Part shown: in pieces, positions 10,070 through 20,448 of the stretch
Layout of the letters: each line of letters opens with the position of its first letter
Position numbering within the stretch: position 1 is the stretch's first letter
Assembly (NCBI GenBank): GCA_965222375.1
Contig: CBDCTZ010000016.1
Span: forward strand, 480,001 to 544,000
Direction of reading: 5' to 3'
From: Polyangiaceae bacterium
Lineage (GTDB): Bacteria; Myxococcota_A; Polyangia; Polyangiales; Polyangiaceae
DNA: 64,000 nt
Position numbers and translations under genes: made by a program
Notes under the pieces: model-generated
What the model was told of the DNA's origin: nothing
The model's database searches: none
Seen by the model: only the letters and a program-made list of their open reading frames with translations

Positions 10070-10975
10070 ATGACAAAAGACGATCAACAGCCCGAGCACT
10101 CCCAGGTGCAACGCAGTTCAGACCCGGACAGCGGAGGGGAAGCGCGCGTGATCAACAAGGGCAAAAGAAACTCAGCGTTCAAGCTGCGGGCAAACACGAT
10201 CGATCCCAAGTTGGCGCGCGACTTCCATGCCGGCAACCAGGAGAAGGAGGCGCTTGCCGCGCGAGATACGATTGCGGATCCCCCGCGCGCCGAGCCGGTG
10301 GACCAGGACGCGGCGGCGCCAGCGAGCAAGACCACGGCGCCGACCCCGACCGCGGGCTCGGTCACGGCGCCGACCCCGACCTCGGACGCGGACGACACGA
10401 TCGTGGATCCAACTGAGGCAGAGCGAGCAAGTGAGCCAACGTCGCCGCCGGCCAGCGATGACGCCACACCCGTGCCTCCGATCACGGCGGCGGATGGAGC
10501 GCAGGACTCGCAGCCGCGCCAGTCTCGCGCGGGTTGGAGGGTCGCCAGCGTGCTGCTCGCGGTGTGCGTCGCTCTCGTCGTGTTGTTCTTCTATGTGAAG
10601 AGGCCAACCGCCACGGATCACCCGGCGGAAACCACGGTCAGCCCGCCGGCTGCGGCGCAGACGGCAAAGACGGCGAAGCCAGCAACAACGTCACCCGTTC
10701 GGGGAGCCGGAAGCGCGTCAACCGCTGCCGCGGTGGTGCCAGTGACGACGAGCGCTGAGCCGAAGGCCCCCACACCCGCGACTGCAGAAACGCCGGCGCC
10801 AGCTATTCCGAATCCGCCCGCGCCAAAGAAGAAGGCTGCGCCCAAGCCCGCGGCTGCGCCCGTGGCGAAACCGCATGTGCCAAGCAAGGCGAAACCTGCT
10901 CCCAAGCCCGCGCCTGCTTCGTCGGGAGCTTCGGGGAAGCTGCCCTCCGGATTCAACAACAAGATACCCTTCTGA
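10070..10975 (+). CDS. Single-pass membrane protein with Pro/Ala/Thr-rich regions
   Basis: 301 aa, one TM (VASVLLAVCVALVVLFFYV), ends ...NKIPF; co-oriented between kinase and PEGA gene. Confidence 0.75.
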   Translation: MTKDDQQPEHSQVQRSSDPDSGGEARVINKGKRNSAFKLRANTIDPKLARDFHAGNQEKEALAARDTIADPPRAEPVDQDAAAPASKTTAPTPTAGSVTAPTPTSDADDTIVDPTEAERASEPTSPPASDDATPVPPITAADGAQDSQPRQSRAGWRVASVLLAVCVALVVLFFYVKRPTATDHPAETTVSPPAAAQTAKTAKPATTSPVRGAGSASTAAAVVPVTTSAEPKAPTPATAETPAPAIPNPPAPKKKAAPKPAAAPVAKPHVPSKAKPAPKPAPASSGASGKLPSGFNNKIPF

Positions 10976-10977
10976 CC

Positions 10978-12006
10978 ATGTTGCAACGCATCGTACTTGC
11001 GCTCTCCTTCCTTTTGTTGACCGCCCCGGCGCGCGCGCAGGACGAGGCAGCTGAGGCTCGGGCAAAAATGGCCGAGGGGAATGCCGCGGTGAAACGCGGA
11101 GACTTTGCCGCGGCGGTCGTGGCGTACAAGGCGGCCTACGTCATCAAACAGCACCCGGTGGTGTTGCAGAATTTGGGGATGGCAGAAATCCACGCGGAGC
11201 AGTTTGTCGAGGGCGCGCGCCACTTGGCGAAGCTCCTGGCGAGTGGCGAAACGATAGACGACCGCAAGACGGTCGAGAAGTTCTTCGCAAAAGCTGAGGA
11301 CCGGGTGGGCCGAATTGAGATCAAAGTGAACACACCCGGAGCCGAGGTAGCTGTCGGCGGCGACGTTGTAGGACGCTCGCCACTGAGGACCGCGTGGCAC
11401 GTGCGGCCCGGAAAGCATCGTGTGGAGGCGCGGCTTGACGGGTATGTGACGGCAAGCGAGTTCGTTGGCGCGGCTGCAGGCGCTAGCGTGGCGGTGGAGT
11501 TGAAGCTGGTGCCCGAAACGGCGAGCGCGACGCCGGCCGCGGGCGCGGGAGGCGCTGCCGGCACAGGAGGCGCTGCCGGCGCAGGAGGCGCATCGCCCAA
11601 CGGAGACGGCAACGCAAGCTCCGACAGCACACGCACCATCGTGCTCGTTGGCGGCGCGGCGTTGACCGCTGTTTCCGCTGCGGTCGCGGTGGGATTCACC
11701 ATTGCGAAGGGAAACGCGAAGGATGATGCCGATGCGCTCCACGCGGAAACGACTCGAGACCTTGGTGCGGACAACTGCCAAGTTGGGATCAAGGCGTGTG
11801 ACGAGCTGATGGATGCCAACAAGCGCGGCAGGCGGGCCGAGACCCTTTCGACAATCGGCTTCGTAGGAGTTGGTGTCGGGTTGGCGGCGCTCGCCACCGC
11901 GTTGCTGTGGCCGTCACAGACGAAGGACTCGAGCACGACGGCAGTGCGCGTCGGTGGAGCCGCGAGTCAATCGAGCATTCACATGTCGCTCGGTGGCGCT
12001 TTTTGA
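10978..12006 (+). CDS. TPR + PEGA domain protein
   Basis: Signal peptide, TPR-like helices (AVVAYKAAY...LQNLGMAE), PEGA motif 'PGAEVAVGGDVVGRSPL...VRPGKHRVEARLDGY', C-terminal hydrophobic segments ending GGAF. Confidence 0.88.
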   Translation: MLQRIVLALSFLLLTAPARAQDEAAEARAKMAEGNAAVKRGDFAAAVVAYKAAYVIKQHPVVLQNLGMAEIHAEQFVEGARHLAKLLASGETIDDRKTVEKFFAKAEDRVGRIEIKVNTPGAEVAVGGDVVGRSPLRTAWHVRPGKHRVEARLDGYVTASEFVGAAAGASVAVELKLVPETASATPAAGAGGAAGTGGAAGAGGASPNGDGNASSDSTRTIVLVGGAALTAVSAAVAVGFTIAKGNAKDDADALHAETTRDLGADNCQVGIKACDELMDANKRGRRAETLSTIGFVGVGVGLAALATALLWPSQTKDSSTTAVRVGGAASQSSIHMSLGGAF

Positions 12007-12021
12007 TTCGGGAGAAACACG

Positions 12022-13572
12022 ATGCGAAGCTTTTCATTGGTGCGTGCCTTGACTTTGTCTATCGGGTCTGTCGGGTTCCTTGCCCTGGGCTGTAGCAGCG
12101 GCGACTTCGATGGGTGCAAAGCCGACAACAACTGCAACGGCGGAGCCGGCGGCACTTCCGGCGACTCGGGGGTGGGAGGCAGCTCGGGGGCGAGCGGGAC
12201 GGGGGGCACTTCGGGCACTTCGGGCACAGGGGGCAGCGGGGGCGACAGTGGCACGTGTGACACATCGAAGTCGCCCAGCGAAGAGGCGTGTCTCGTCACG
12301 GACAAGTACGCCATCTTTGTGAGCCCGGTGGGTTCAGATGGGGGGAGTGGGACGAAGAGCGCGCCGGTGCAGAGCTGGGAAAAGGCGCTTTCGCTGGGTA
12401 AGGCGGCGGGCAAACTCGTCATTGCGTGCAATGACGAGTTCACCACTCCCGTCAGCCTGACGAGCGCGCACAGCGGGGGCAAGTTGTACGGTGGTTTCAA
12501 ATGCAGCGACTGGAGCTACGAGGCGGCTAAGAAGACGAAGCTGGCTCCAAGTGCGGAGGGCGTAGCGCTGTCTTTGGATGGGGTGGTGGGTTTCCACGCC
12601 GAGGACGTCATCATCGAAGCGCGGGACGCCACGACGCCGGGGGCTTCGAGCATTGCGATGTTTGCGAAGGGTTCGGGGGGGGTGACGCTGAGGCGGGTGG
12701 AGCTGAGGGCCGGCAAGGGCGGCGATGGCGCGAAGGGGGTGGTGGTGCCGTTTACCTATCCGAAGCAGACCGACCTCAATGGCAATGATGCGAGCGGGAC
12801 GACGGGGGGCAAGCTGAAGACCTGGAACTGTCCCGGCGGAATGACGACGATTGGGGGCAAGGGCGGGGATGGCATCATGCCAAGCGGTCAGGCTGGGACT
12901 GTGGGTGGACCCGATCACGGTGGTGGGCAGCCTGGGCAGCCTGGCAGTTGTGCGGGGACGGGCACGGGCAAAGACGGCGCCACCCCCCCCGCCACGCCCG
13001 CCGCCGCAGGCGCGACCGCGCTGGGCACCCTCACCTCCGCCGGCTGGGCGCCGGCCAACGGCACGGACGGCGCCACGGGCTCGCCAGGTCAAGGAGGCGG
13101 CGGAGGCGCGAGCACTGCCACGGCCGGCGGTGGCGGCGGCGGAGCCGGGGGCTGTGGGGGAGCGGGCGGCCCCGGTGGCCAGGGCGGAGGCGCGAGCATC
13201 GCGCTGCTGCTGCTCGATACGCCCATCATGTTGGACGCCAGCGTGACGCTCACCACCAAGGACGCGGGTAAGGGCGGCGATGGCGTGGTGGGGCAAGGGG
13301 GGCAGGTGATATTCGGATTCAAGGGGAACGGGGCGGGCGGCGCATGCCAAGGTGGCAACGGCGCTCCGGGGGCTGACGGTGGAGCGGGCGGAGGGGCGGC
13401 TGGCGGGGTGAGCGTCGCGGTATTGTGGAAGGGCGCGGCAGCCATGGCGCCGGTGGTCGACACTGGGACGGCGGTGAGCCTCGGCGCCAAGGGCGCCAAG
13501 GGCATCGGCGGCAAAGCGGGCAGCAACGACGGTATCGACGGCGTGGCGCAGGACGTGGTGGAGGTGAAGTGA
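12022..13572 (+). CDS. PE-PGRS-like Gly-rich lipoprotein, copy 1
   Basis: GGAG RBS; lipobox ALGC; 'IFVSPVGSDGGSGTKSAPVQSWEKAL' (DUF1565-like/beta-helix entry motif), LYGGF, GxGGxGG repeats. Confidence 0.9.
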   Translation: MRSFSLVRALTLSIGSVGFLALGCSSGDFDGCKADNNCNGGAGGTSGDSGVGGSSGASGTGGTSGTSGTGGSGGDSGTCDTSKSPSEEACLVTDKYAIFVSPVGSDGGSGTKSAPVQSWEKALSLGKAAGKLVIACNDEFTTPVSLTSAHSGGKLYGGFKCSDWSYEAAKKTKLAPSAEGVALSLDGVVGFHAEDVIIEARDATTPGASSIAMFAKGSGGVTLRRVELRAGKGGDGAKGVVVPFTYPKQTDLNGNDASGTTGGKLKTWNCPGGMTTIGGKGGDGIMPSGQAGTVGGPDHGGGQPGQPGSCAGTGTGKDGATPPATPAAAGATALGTLTSAGWAPANGTDGATGSPGQGGGGGASTATAGGGGGGAGGCGGAGGPGGQGGGASIALLLLDTPIMLDASVTLTTKDAGKGGDGVVGQGGQVIFGFKGNGAGGACQGGNGAPGADGGAGGGAAGGVSVAVLWKGAAAMAPVVDTGTAVSLGAKGAKGIGGKAGSNDGIDGVAQDVVEVK

Positions 13573-15137
13573 TCATTTTCGGCCAGCTGCCCGCAGAGCG
13601 AGTACGACGAGCACGAGCACGAGTACGACGACGAGCACGAGCACGAGTACGAGTACGAGTACGAGTAGGATGGTTGGCGGCGGCAAGCGTGGGGGCGCTT
13701 GCGCTCACGGTCGGTTGTGGTGGGGAGGATTTCGACCGGGCAGCGACGGGCGGAGCTGGAGGCAGCTCGGGCACGAGCGGCACGGGGGGCACTTCGGGCA
13801 CGGGCGGCAGCGGGGGCGATGGCGGCACGTGTGACACATCGAAGTCGCCGAGCGAAGAGGGGTGCTTGGTCACGGACGAGCACGCCATCTTCGTTTCTCC
13901 GAGTGGGAGCGACGGCGCTGATGGCTCCAAGTCGACGCCGGTGCAGAGCTGGGAAAAAGCGCTTGTGCTGGGCAAGGCGGCGGGCAAAATCGTCATCGCG
14001 TGCAATGATGAGTTCACCTCGCCGGTGGCGCTGACGAGCGCGCACAGTGGGGGCAAGCTGTATGGCGGTTTCAAATGCAGCGACTGGAGCTACGAGGCGG
14101 CTAAGAAGACGAAGCTGGCTCCAAGTGCGGAGGGCGTAGCGCTGTCTTTGGATGGGGCTATCGGTTTCCACGCCGAGGACGTCATCATCGAAGCGCGGGA
14201 CGCCACGACGCCGGGGGCTTCGAGCATTGCGATGTTTGCGAAGGGTTCAAGTGGGGTGACGCTGCGGCGAGTCGACTTGAAGGCGGGCAAGGGCGCCGAT
14301 GGCGCCAAGGGCACGCTGGCGCCGTTTACCTATCCGAAGCAGACCGACCTCAATGGCAATGATGCGAGCGGGGCGACGGGGGGCGGACCGCAGCCCGTGA
14401 CTTGTCCGGGTGGTGCGAAGACCACGGGGGGGATTGGGGGTTCAGCGCCCACGCAGGCCGGCGGCCTGGGACAACCGAATCACGGCGCGGGAAAAGGCGG
14501 AAGTCCGGGCTCGTGTCTTGGTACGGGGACAGGACAGAACGGCGCCACGCCCCCCGCCACTCCATCAGCCGCCGGCGCAAACTCGCTGGGCGCGCTCTCC
14601 TCTACCGGTTGGACGCCAGCCAACGGCACGGACGGCGCCACGGGCTCGCCAGGTCAAGGAGGCGGCGGAGGCGCGAGCACTGCCACGGCCGGCGGTGGCG
14701 GCGGCGGAGCCGGGGGCTGTGGGGGAGCGGGCGGCCCCGGTGGCCAGGGCGGAGGCGCGAGCATCGCGCTGCTGCTGCTCGATACGCCCATCATGTTGGA
14801 CGCCAGCGTGACGCTCACCACCAAGGACGCGGGTAAGGGCGGCGATGGCGTGGTGGGGCAAGGGGGGCAGGTGATATTCGGATTCAAGGGGAACGGGGCG
14901 GGCGGCGCATGCCAAGGTGGCAACGGCGCTCCGGGGGCTGACGGTGGAGCGGGCGGAGGGGCGGCTGGCGGGGTGAGCGTCGCGGTATTGTGGAAGGGCG
15001 CGGCAGCCATGGCGCCGGTGGTCGACACTGGGACGGCGGTGAGCCTCGGCGCCAAGGGCGCCAAGGGTGCCGGTGGCAAGGCCGGCAGCAATGACGGCAT
15101 CGACGGCGTGGCGCAGGACGTGGTGGAGGTGAAGTGA
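13569..15137 (+). CDS. PE-PGRS-like Gly-rich lipoprotein, copy 2
   Basis: GTG start overlaps the copy 1 stop (GTGA); Arg-rich n-region, h-region, TVGC lipobox; long stretches identical to copy 1. Confidence 0.85.
   Translation: MIIFGQLPAERVRRARARVRRRARARVRVRVRVGWLAAASVGALALTVGCGGEDFDRAATGGAGGSSGTSGTGGTSGTGGSGGDGGTCDTSKSPSEEGCLVTDEHAIFVSPSGSDGADGSKSTPVQSWEKALVLGKAAGKIVIACNDEFTSPVALTSAHSGGKLYGGFKCSDWSYEAAKKTKLAPSAEGVALSLDGAIGFHAEDVIIEARDATTPGASSIAMFAKGSSGVTLRRVDLKAGKGADGAKGTLAPFTYPKQTDLNGNDASGATGGGPQPVTCPGGAKTTGGIGGSAPTQAGGLGQPNHGAGKGGSPGSCLGTGTGQNGATPPATPSAAGANSLGALSSTGWTPANGTDGATGSPGQGGGGGASTATAGGGGGGAGGCGGAGGPGGQGGGASIALLLLDTPIMLDASVTLTTKDAGKGGDGVVGQGGQVIFGFKGNGAGGACQGGNGAPGADGGAGGGAAGGVSVAVLWKGAAAMAPVVDTGTAVSLGAKGAKGAGGKAGSNDGIDGVAQDVVEVK
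13599..13667 (+). repeat. CGAGTA/CGAGCA hexamer tandem repeat
   Basis: cgagta cga cgagca cgagca cgagta cga cga cgagca cgagca (cgagta)x4, read directly. Confidence 0.95.
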
Positions 15138-15163
15138 TCATTTTCGGCCAGCTGCCCGCAGAG

Positions 15164-15220
15164 CGAGTACGACGAGCACGAGCACGAGTACGACGACGAG
15201 CACGAGCACGAGTACGAGTA
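15164..15220 (+). repeat. Second CGAGTA/CGAGCA hexamer array (two units shorter)
   Basis: Identical to 13599-13667 except terminal (cgagta)x2 instead of x4. Confidence 0.95.
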
Positions 15221-15277
15221 GGATGGTTGGCGGCGGCAAGCGTGGGGGCGCTTGCGCTCACGGTCGGTTGTGGTGGG

Positions 15278-15620
15278 GAATGGCAATGATGCGAGTGGGG
15301 CGACGGGGGGCAAGCTCAAGAGCCACACGTGTCCGGGGGGAATGACGACGATTGGGGGCATTGGCGGTAGCGCGGCTCCAGGCGGGCAAAACGGAACTGA
15401 TGGGCAGCCACCATTGGGCGGACTAGGCGCCAAGGGCGCGGTGGTGCCGTTTACCTTTCCGAAACAGGCGGACCTGAATGGCAATGATGCGAGTGGGGCG
15501 ACGGGGGGCAAGCTCAAGAGCCACACGTGTCCGGGGGGAATGACGACGATTGGGGGCATTGGCGGTAGCGCGGCTCCAGGCGGGCAAAACGGAACTGATG
15601 GGCAGCCACCATTGGGCGGA
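15278..15620 (+). repeat. Exact 145-bp direct repeat (15278-15422 and 15476-15620)
   Basis: gaatggcaatgatgcgagtgggg...ccattgggcgga occurs twice, 198 bp apart. Confidence 0.9.
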
Positions 15621-16360
15621 GGGCAGGGCGGCGACAAATCTAAGGTCTGTGGCGCGGGAGGTGGGGGTCTGCCCGGCGCCACCCCCCCCGCCACGCCCGC
15701 CGCCGCAGGCGCCACCACCCTCGGCACCCTCACCTCCACCGGTTGGACGCCAGCCAACGGCACGGACGGCGCCACGGGCTCGCCAGGTCAAGGAGGCGGC
15801 GGAGGCGCGAGCACTGCCACGGCCGGCGGTGGCGGCGGCGGAGCCGGGGGCTGTGGGGGAGCGGGCGGCCCCGGTGGCCAGGGCGGAGGCGCGAGCATCG
15901 CGCTGCTGCTGCTCGACACACCGCTGACGCTGGACGCCACCATCACGCTCACCACCAAGGACGCGGGTAAGGGCGGCGATGGCGTGGTGGGGCAGGCCGG
16001 GCAGGTGGAGTTTGGGTTCAACGGCGTGGGCACGCCGCCAGCATGCCAAGGTGGCAACGGCGCTCCGGGGGCTGACGGTGGAGCGGGCGGAGGGGCGGCT
16101 GGCGGGGTGAGCGTCGCGGTATTGTGGAAGGGCGCGGCAGCCATGGCGCCGGTGGTCGACACTGGGACGGCGGTGAGCCTCGGCGCCAAGGGCGCCAAGG
16201 GCATCGGCGGCAAAGCGGGCAGCAACGACGGTATCGACGGCGTGGCGCAGGACGTGGTGGAGGTGAAGTGAGGCCGCTCCGCCCCGCCGCCGCCTTGCGT
16301 CATGCAGCCTCGTTGCACGGCGCCAGGTGAAGTGAGGTACACTCATGCGCGGATGAAAGA

Positions 16361-17407
16361 TTGGCGCTGTCCATCGCAACCAAATCGCGATCGGCAAAGC
16401 CGGCCCGGAAGGCTAGGCAGCAAGTGAAAGATCCCGATCTACCGAGCTCCATGGACGAGATCATGGACGAGGCGCTCGCCCGCCTGCTGTGGGATGTTCG
16501 GGAGCCCCACTTTGGGCCGGGCGCCGAAGTGGGGCCGTACATCATCCGGCGGTTCGTGGGCTTCGACGACGTGTACGTCAGTGAATGCTATCTCGCGCGG
16601 CGAAAGGGCTCGACGCGTGTCGTCGACTTGATACTCACGTACACGGGTCTGAGCCTCGGTTCGTCCGCGGACGAACGGGTCCGAGGCTTCGCTCGCGCGC
16701 GACGAGCCGTGCTGCACCCGAATCTAGTGCAAGTGCATGCAGCTGGTGCGCTGCGAATACCGCGCTCGATTTGGGTCGCTCAAGGAAGGTGCGGCCTGGC
16801 ACGGCTGGGCGACTGGCTTGAGAAGGGGCGTTCAATGCCCGTTCCGCGTGCCGTCGCCCACATCACAGCGGTCGCCAGAGCCACGGACGTACTGGAGCAA
16901 CACGGCCTGGCACCAAGGGGCATCTCACCCGACGATATTTTCATCGGCGCAGACGGCGCGACCAAGTTGGAGGACTTCAAGGCGGCCTGCTTTGGAGCCG
17001 GCTATCTGACCGAAGCATGGTTAGCGCGCCCGCGTTATCATGCACCAGAAATCGGATCACAGGACCCCGTGGGTTCCAAGGCTGTCGTATTTGGCCTCGG
17101 GGCCATCCTCTACGAGCTGGTCACAGGCAGTCCGCTCTTCCCGAACTATGAGGTGTATGGACACTTCTACGACGGTACGCGGGCGTTGGACCTGGCAGCA
17201 GCGGGCTCGCTCTCGGTGCTGCTCGGTCGCATGCTGGCAGCCGAGCCCAGCGCTCGCCCCAGCATGCAAGAGCTTCCGCGATTGCTGGAGCGGGGTCTCC
17301 TCCGGCAGTGTGACGTCGTTGCCACGCGGCCCGCGAACAGTCGCGTTCCAGCGAGGCACCGCGACGCCCGGTGTGCCGACGCACCGCGCGGGGGAGCGCG
17401 AGAGTAG
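16361..17407 (+). CDS. Degenerate protein kinase-like protein (pseudokinase)
   Basis: GPYIIRR, LHPNLVQV, YHAPE, VFGLGAILYELVTGSPLF and MLAAEPSARPS are kinase-like, but HRD reads PRG, DFG reads DFK, and there is no VAxK. Start uncertain. Confidence 0.75.
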   Translation: MALSIATKSRSAKPARKARQQVKDPDLPSSMDEIMDEALARLLWDVREPHFGPGAEVGPYIIRRFVGFDDVYVSECYLARRKGSTRVVDLILTYTGLSLGSSADERVRGFARARRAVLHPNLVQVHAAGALRIPRSIWVAQGRCGLARLGDWLEKGRSMPVPRAVAHITAVARATDVLEQHGLAPRGISPDDIFIGADGATKLEDFKAACFGAGYLTEAWLARPRYHAPEIGSQDPVGSKAVVFGLGAILYELVTGSPLFPNYEVYGHFYDGTRALDLAAAGSLSVLLGRMLAAEPSARPSMQELPRLLERGLLRQCDVVATRPANSRVPARHRDARCADAPRGGARE

Positions 17408-17500
17408 CGCCCCAGGTACGCCACATCGAACCGACCCCAAACCCAAAGACATTCACGCCGCGCTTTGAACACGTTCCCAGGGTCACAAAGGGTTCGCCAG

Positions 17501-18958
17501 TCATGGTTTGCCAAACACGATGGCCTTGCGGATGTGCGACAGCGGGGCGTCATCCCGCAACTTCACGCCCCCGGAATGCCGTACGATGCCCAGCTCGCGC
17601 CATAGTGCGTCTAGATTCACGGGGGAGCCGCGATAGGCATAGCGCTCCACCAGTTTCCTCAGGGCTCCGAGCCCGCCAGAGCCATCACAAACGCGTACGG
17701 CGCGCTCCATGCTCCAAACCTCGGAAGCGTTTCCGCCCGCCTGCAATACCCTGCGCAGCCCTGCTTCAAGTCCTCGTTTGCCGCCGCTGTGCTTGCGGAT
17801 CTCCAGATCCGCCAAGAGCGACACGATGGCACCACCCCAGTAGATCCCACGGAAGGAACGCGTATTTTCCAGGCCCTCGTTCTCCATCGCGGGGACGCCT
17901 TGCGGCATCGCTCTCACGAATTCCGCCCAAACGTCGGCCTCCGTCTTGTTGCCCGCCCGAGCGCGGATGATGGGCTCGTAATAGGTCGCGAGCCCTTCGT
18001 CCAACCACTTCGCCTCCCCTTGAAACGAGGGGAAGCCCAGGTGGAAGAGTTCGTGAACCAGCACCCAGTCCTCGTTCAGAGAGGCTTCGTCGCTGTGCTC
18101 TCCCATCACGATGACGATGCCTGGCGAGCTCTCCGGCAAGACCTTGCCATGCACCACCCCGCGCCTATCCGCCGCCGGAATGACGACCACCAAGGCGCGT
18201 GGCACGGGAAACCCGCCCCAGAAGTCCGCCACTGCGGAAGCGGAGCGCTCAATCCAATCGCTCACGACTTTGGAGCTCACGCGAAGCGCGCCATCCGCGA
18301 ACGCCACCTCCACCTCTGCCTTCCCAGCCTTGGCCGGGTCCAAGACCGAGTTTGGACCTGGCAGTGCCAACTGCACCAACCGGCGCGGTCCGAAGATGGC
18401 GTAGGTGGAGACAGGTAGTTCATGGGCGCCTATCTGGTAGGCGTTGCCGACGGACGTCAGCCCCGTCGTGAAGCCCATGTTCTTGGGCGTACGCACCCGC
18501 AGCGTCAGGCCGGTGCTGGACGAGTGCGGCTCCGGGCGCAGCAACCAGGTCGACGCTGGCGCGATCAAGGAGCGACCGCTTCGCAATGCCACGTCGAAGG
18601 ACTCGGCGTCTTCCGCCGTCGCGTCGAGATCCACTTGGTAGCGAATGGACGCGGTCGAAACGGCTGCTTCAGGCAAGAAGAAGCTCGCGCCCTTGCGGGA
18701 AAGAGCGCGGCCGGCGGCATCCACGGCGCCAGAAATGTGAGGCACGGATGGTCGCTCGGATGCCACGAAAGACAGCGGCCCCCTCGCATTGCATCGCGCC
18801 GCAACATCGAGCACGAGGGGCGAATCCGTGGCCACTTGAACGTCGTAGCTGCAGCTCTCGACTTGGGCGTTCTTGCCTTGCGCGGCCTGGGGCGGCGCAG
18901 GGGCACATGCGGCCAACATCAACGCCACCGGCAGGTGGGCTCCAAGCCGCGCCGTCAC
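17501..18958 (-). CDS. Gluzincin-type metallopeptidase lipoprotein (M61/M1-like)
   Basis: Lipobox LAAC; VHELFH followed by [14 protein letters not shown] motif. Confidence 0.8.
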   Translation of the reverse strand: MTARLGAHLPVALMLAACAPAPPQAAQGKNAQVESCSYDVQVATDSPLVLDVAARCNARGPLSFVASERPSVPHISGAVDAAGRALSRKGASFFLPEAAVSTASIRYQVDLDATAEDAESFDVALRSGRSLIAPASTWLLRPEPHSSSTGLTLRVRTPKNMGFTTGLTSVGNAYQIGAHELPVSTYAIFGPRRLVQLALPGPNSVLDPAKAGKAEVEVAFADGALRVSSKVVSDWIERSASAVADFWGGFPVPRALVVVIPAADRRGVVHGKVLPESSPGIVIVMGEHSDEASLNEDWVLVHELFHLGFPSFQGEAKWLDEGLATYYEPIIRARAGNKTEADVWAEFVRAMPQGVPAMENEGLENTRSFRGIYWGGAIVSLLADLEIRKHSGGKRGLEAGLRRVLQAGGNASEVWSMERAVRVCDGSGGLGALRKLVERYAYRGSPVNLDALWRELGIVRHSGGVKLRDDAPLSHIRKAIVFGKP

Positions 18959-20283
18959 GCTTGCGCACCCGGCGGCGGAGATTGCATCCCGAGGGCAAAG
19001 GCTCGGGACGCATGCGGCATGATCAATCCAGGCAGCCCTGCGTTGGGGGCGAGCTGCCCCACCAAGCCAAACAAGAGAACGAGGGTCCGCTCCACGTAGA
19101 AATAGCCCTCGGGGTACTCCACGCTCTTCATGATCTCGCGCAGCTTGCCCCGCACTTGCTCGTAGCCACTGAGCTTCTCGATCGTCTCGCGATCCAGTTG
19201 CGAAAAGCTGGTGATGTTCACGCTAGAAAGCACTGCGAGGTACTCGCGCCCCACCTGCGCCAACAGCTCCCGATCGCCACCCGGAGATACGAACCCCATG
19301 CGCTCCAGGCCTTCGAGCACCTGATCGTCGCTGCGGGTAATGGCCCCGAGTACGACCTGCTTCATGCCCTCCGCCAGATCGTCCGTGACCTCTTCCACGG
19401 CGCCATAGTCCAAGATGACCAGGGTGGGACCATCTCGCACCAGAAAGTTCCCGGGGTGCGGGTCCGCGTGGAAGATCCTACTTTCCAGCAGCATCTTGAA
19501 GTAGCACTCCACCAGGAGCTTGCCGACGTCCTCACGGCTCACACCTTCTTCTTCCAGGGTGTCGAAGTCGTTGATCTTGGTGCCCTGCTCGAAAGTCATC
19601 GTCAGGACTCCCTTGTCGGTCAACTCGTCGACCACTCGCGGCACCACGACGTCGTCGCGGCCCGAGAAGACTTCCCTGATGCGCTCCATATTCCTACGCT
19701 CGTTGGCGTAATTCGTTTCACGCCCCAGCATGGCCGATAGCTGATCCAGCACCCGCCCCAGCCGGGTGATGGGAAAAACTAGGCGCAGGAAGGGCTGAAT
19801 GGAGCGAAGAACCGCCAAATCTCGACGGATCAGCTTCTCGATCCCGGGATACAGAACTTTGACGGCGACGGCCTTGCCATCATGAGCGACGGCGCGATGC
19901 ACCTGCGCTAGGGATGCGGCAGCCAGGGGTTCGCGATCGAAGCTCTGGAACCTCGAAAGCGGATCAGGGCCCAGGGCTTCGGTCAGCCGCCCCTCGATCT
20001 CCGAGAAGGGCTGTGGAGGAACCTTGTCTTGAAGGGTCTCGAGCGCTTCTCCATAGGCCTTTGGCAAGAAGGTGCCGATGACACTCAGCACCTGTCCGAC
20101 CTTGATGAAAACACCGCGCAAGCGCGTGAAGCCATACGCCAGCCGGCGAGCGTTGGAGCGATGGATCGCTTCCCAAAGCCGCTCCCGCGTCGCCTTGGGC
20201 AGTACGCGCGTGAACAGCCACGTCAGTCCGTAGGACAGAAAAATCCACCAGAACAAAAACAGCGCGCGAAGTGTTCGCAGCAC
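18955..20283 (-). CDS. ABC1/UbiB (AarF) family atypical kinase
   Basis: [49 protein letters not shown]. Confidence 0.95.
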   Translation of the reverse strand: MLRTLRALFLFWWIFLSYGLTWLFTRVLPKATRERLWEAIHRSNARRLAYGFTRLRGVFIKVGQVLSVIGTFLPKAYGEALETLQDKVPPQPFSEIEGRLTEALGPDPLSRFQSFDREPLAAASLAQVHRAVAHDGKAVAVKVLYPGIEKLIRRDLAVLRSIQPFLRLVFPITRLGRVLDQLSAMLGRETNYANERRNMERIREVFSGRDDVVVPRVVDELTDKGVLTMTFEQGTKINDFDTLEEEGVSREDVGKLLVECYFKMLLESRIFHADPHPGNFLVRDGPTLVILDYGAVEEVTDDLAEGMKQVVLGAITRSDDQVLEGLERMGFVSPGGDRELLAQVGREYLAVLSSVNITSFSQLDRETIEKLSGYEQVRGKLREIMKSVEYPEGYFYVERTLVLLFGLVGQLAPNAGLPGLIMPHASRAFALGMQSPPPGAQA

Positions 20284-20448
20284 GAAGATCCCTACTCAGT
20301 GCAGGTTACAGCGAAGTGGTGAGCTGCATTCCAAACACCTGATCTTTCCGGACATTGACGAGCTTTCAGACCTGAACGGCATTCCAGTAATGCTGAAATT
20401 GCGATCCCACGCTTTCCATTCGCTCCCTAATGGATAGACTTCCCCACC

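Larger units (their letters stand above)
15134..16271 (+). pseudogene. PE-PGRS-like lipoprotein copy 3, rearranged (internal deletion, frameshift, 145-bp duplication) or misassembled
   Basis: Same GTGA-coupled signal peptide as copy 2 but hits TGA at 15287-15289. The whole N-terminal domain is missing and the rest is in another frame (15252-16271). Confidence 0.75.

Noticed and set aside
13599..15220. Repeats as a CRISPR array
   Set aside because: Units are 6-bp tandem microsatellites or coding repeats without unique spacers; no cas genes seen.
12022..16271. True mycobacterial PE-PGRS genes or transfer from Actinobacteria
   Set aside because: No PE domain; these have lipoprotein signals and only share Gly-rich composition.
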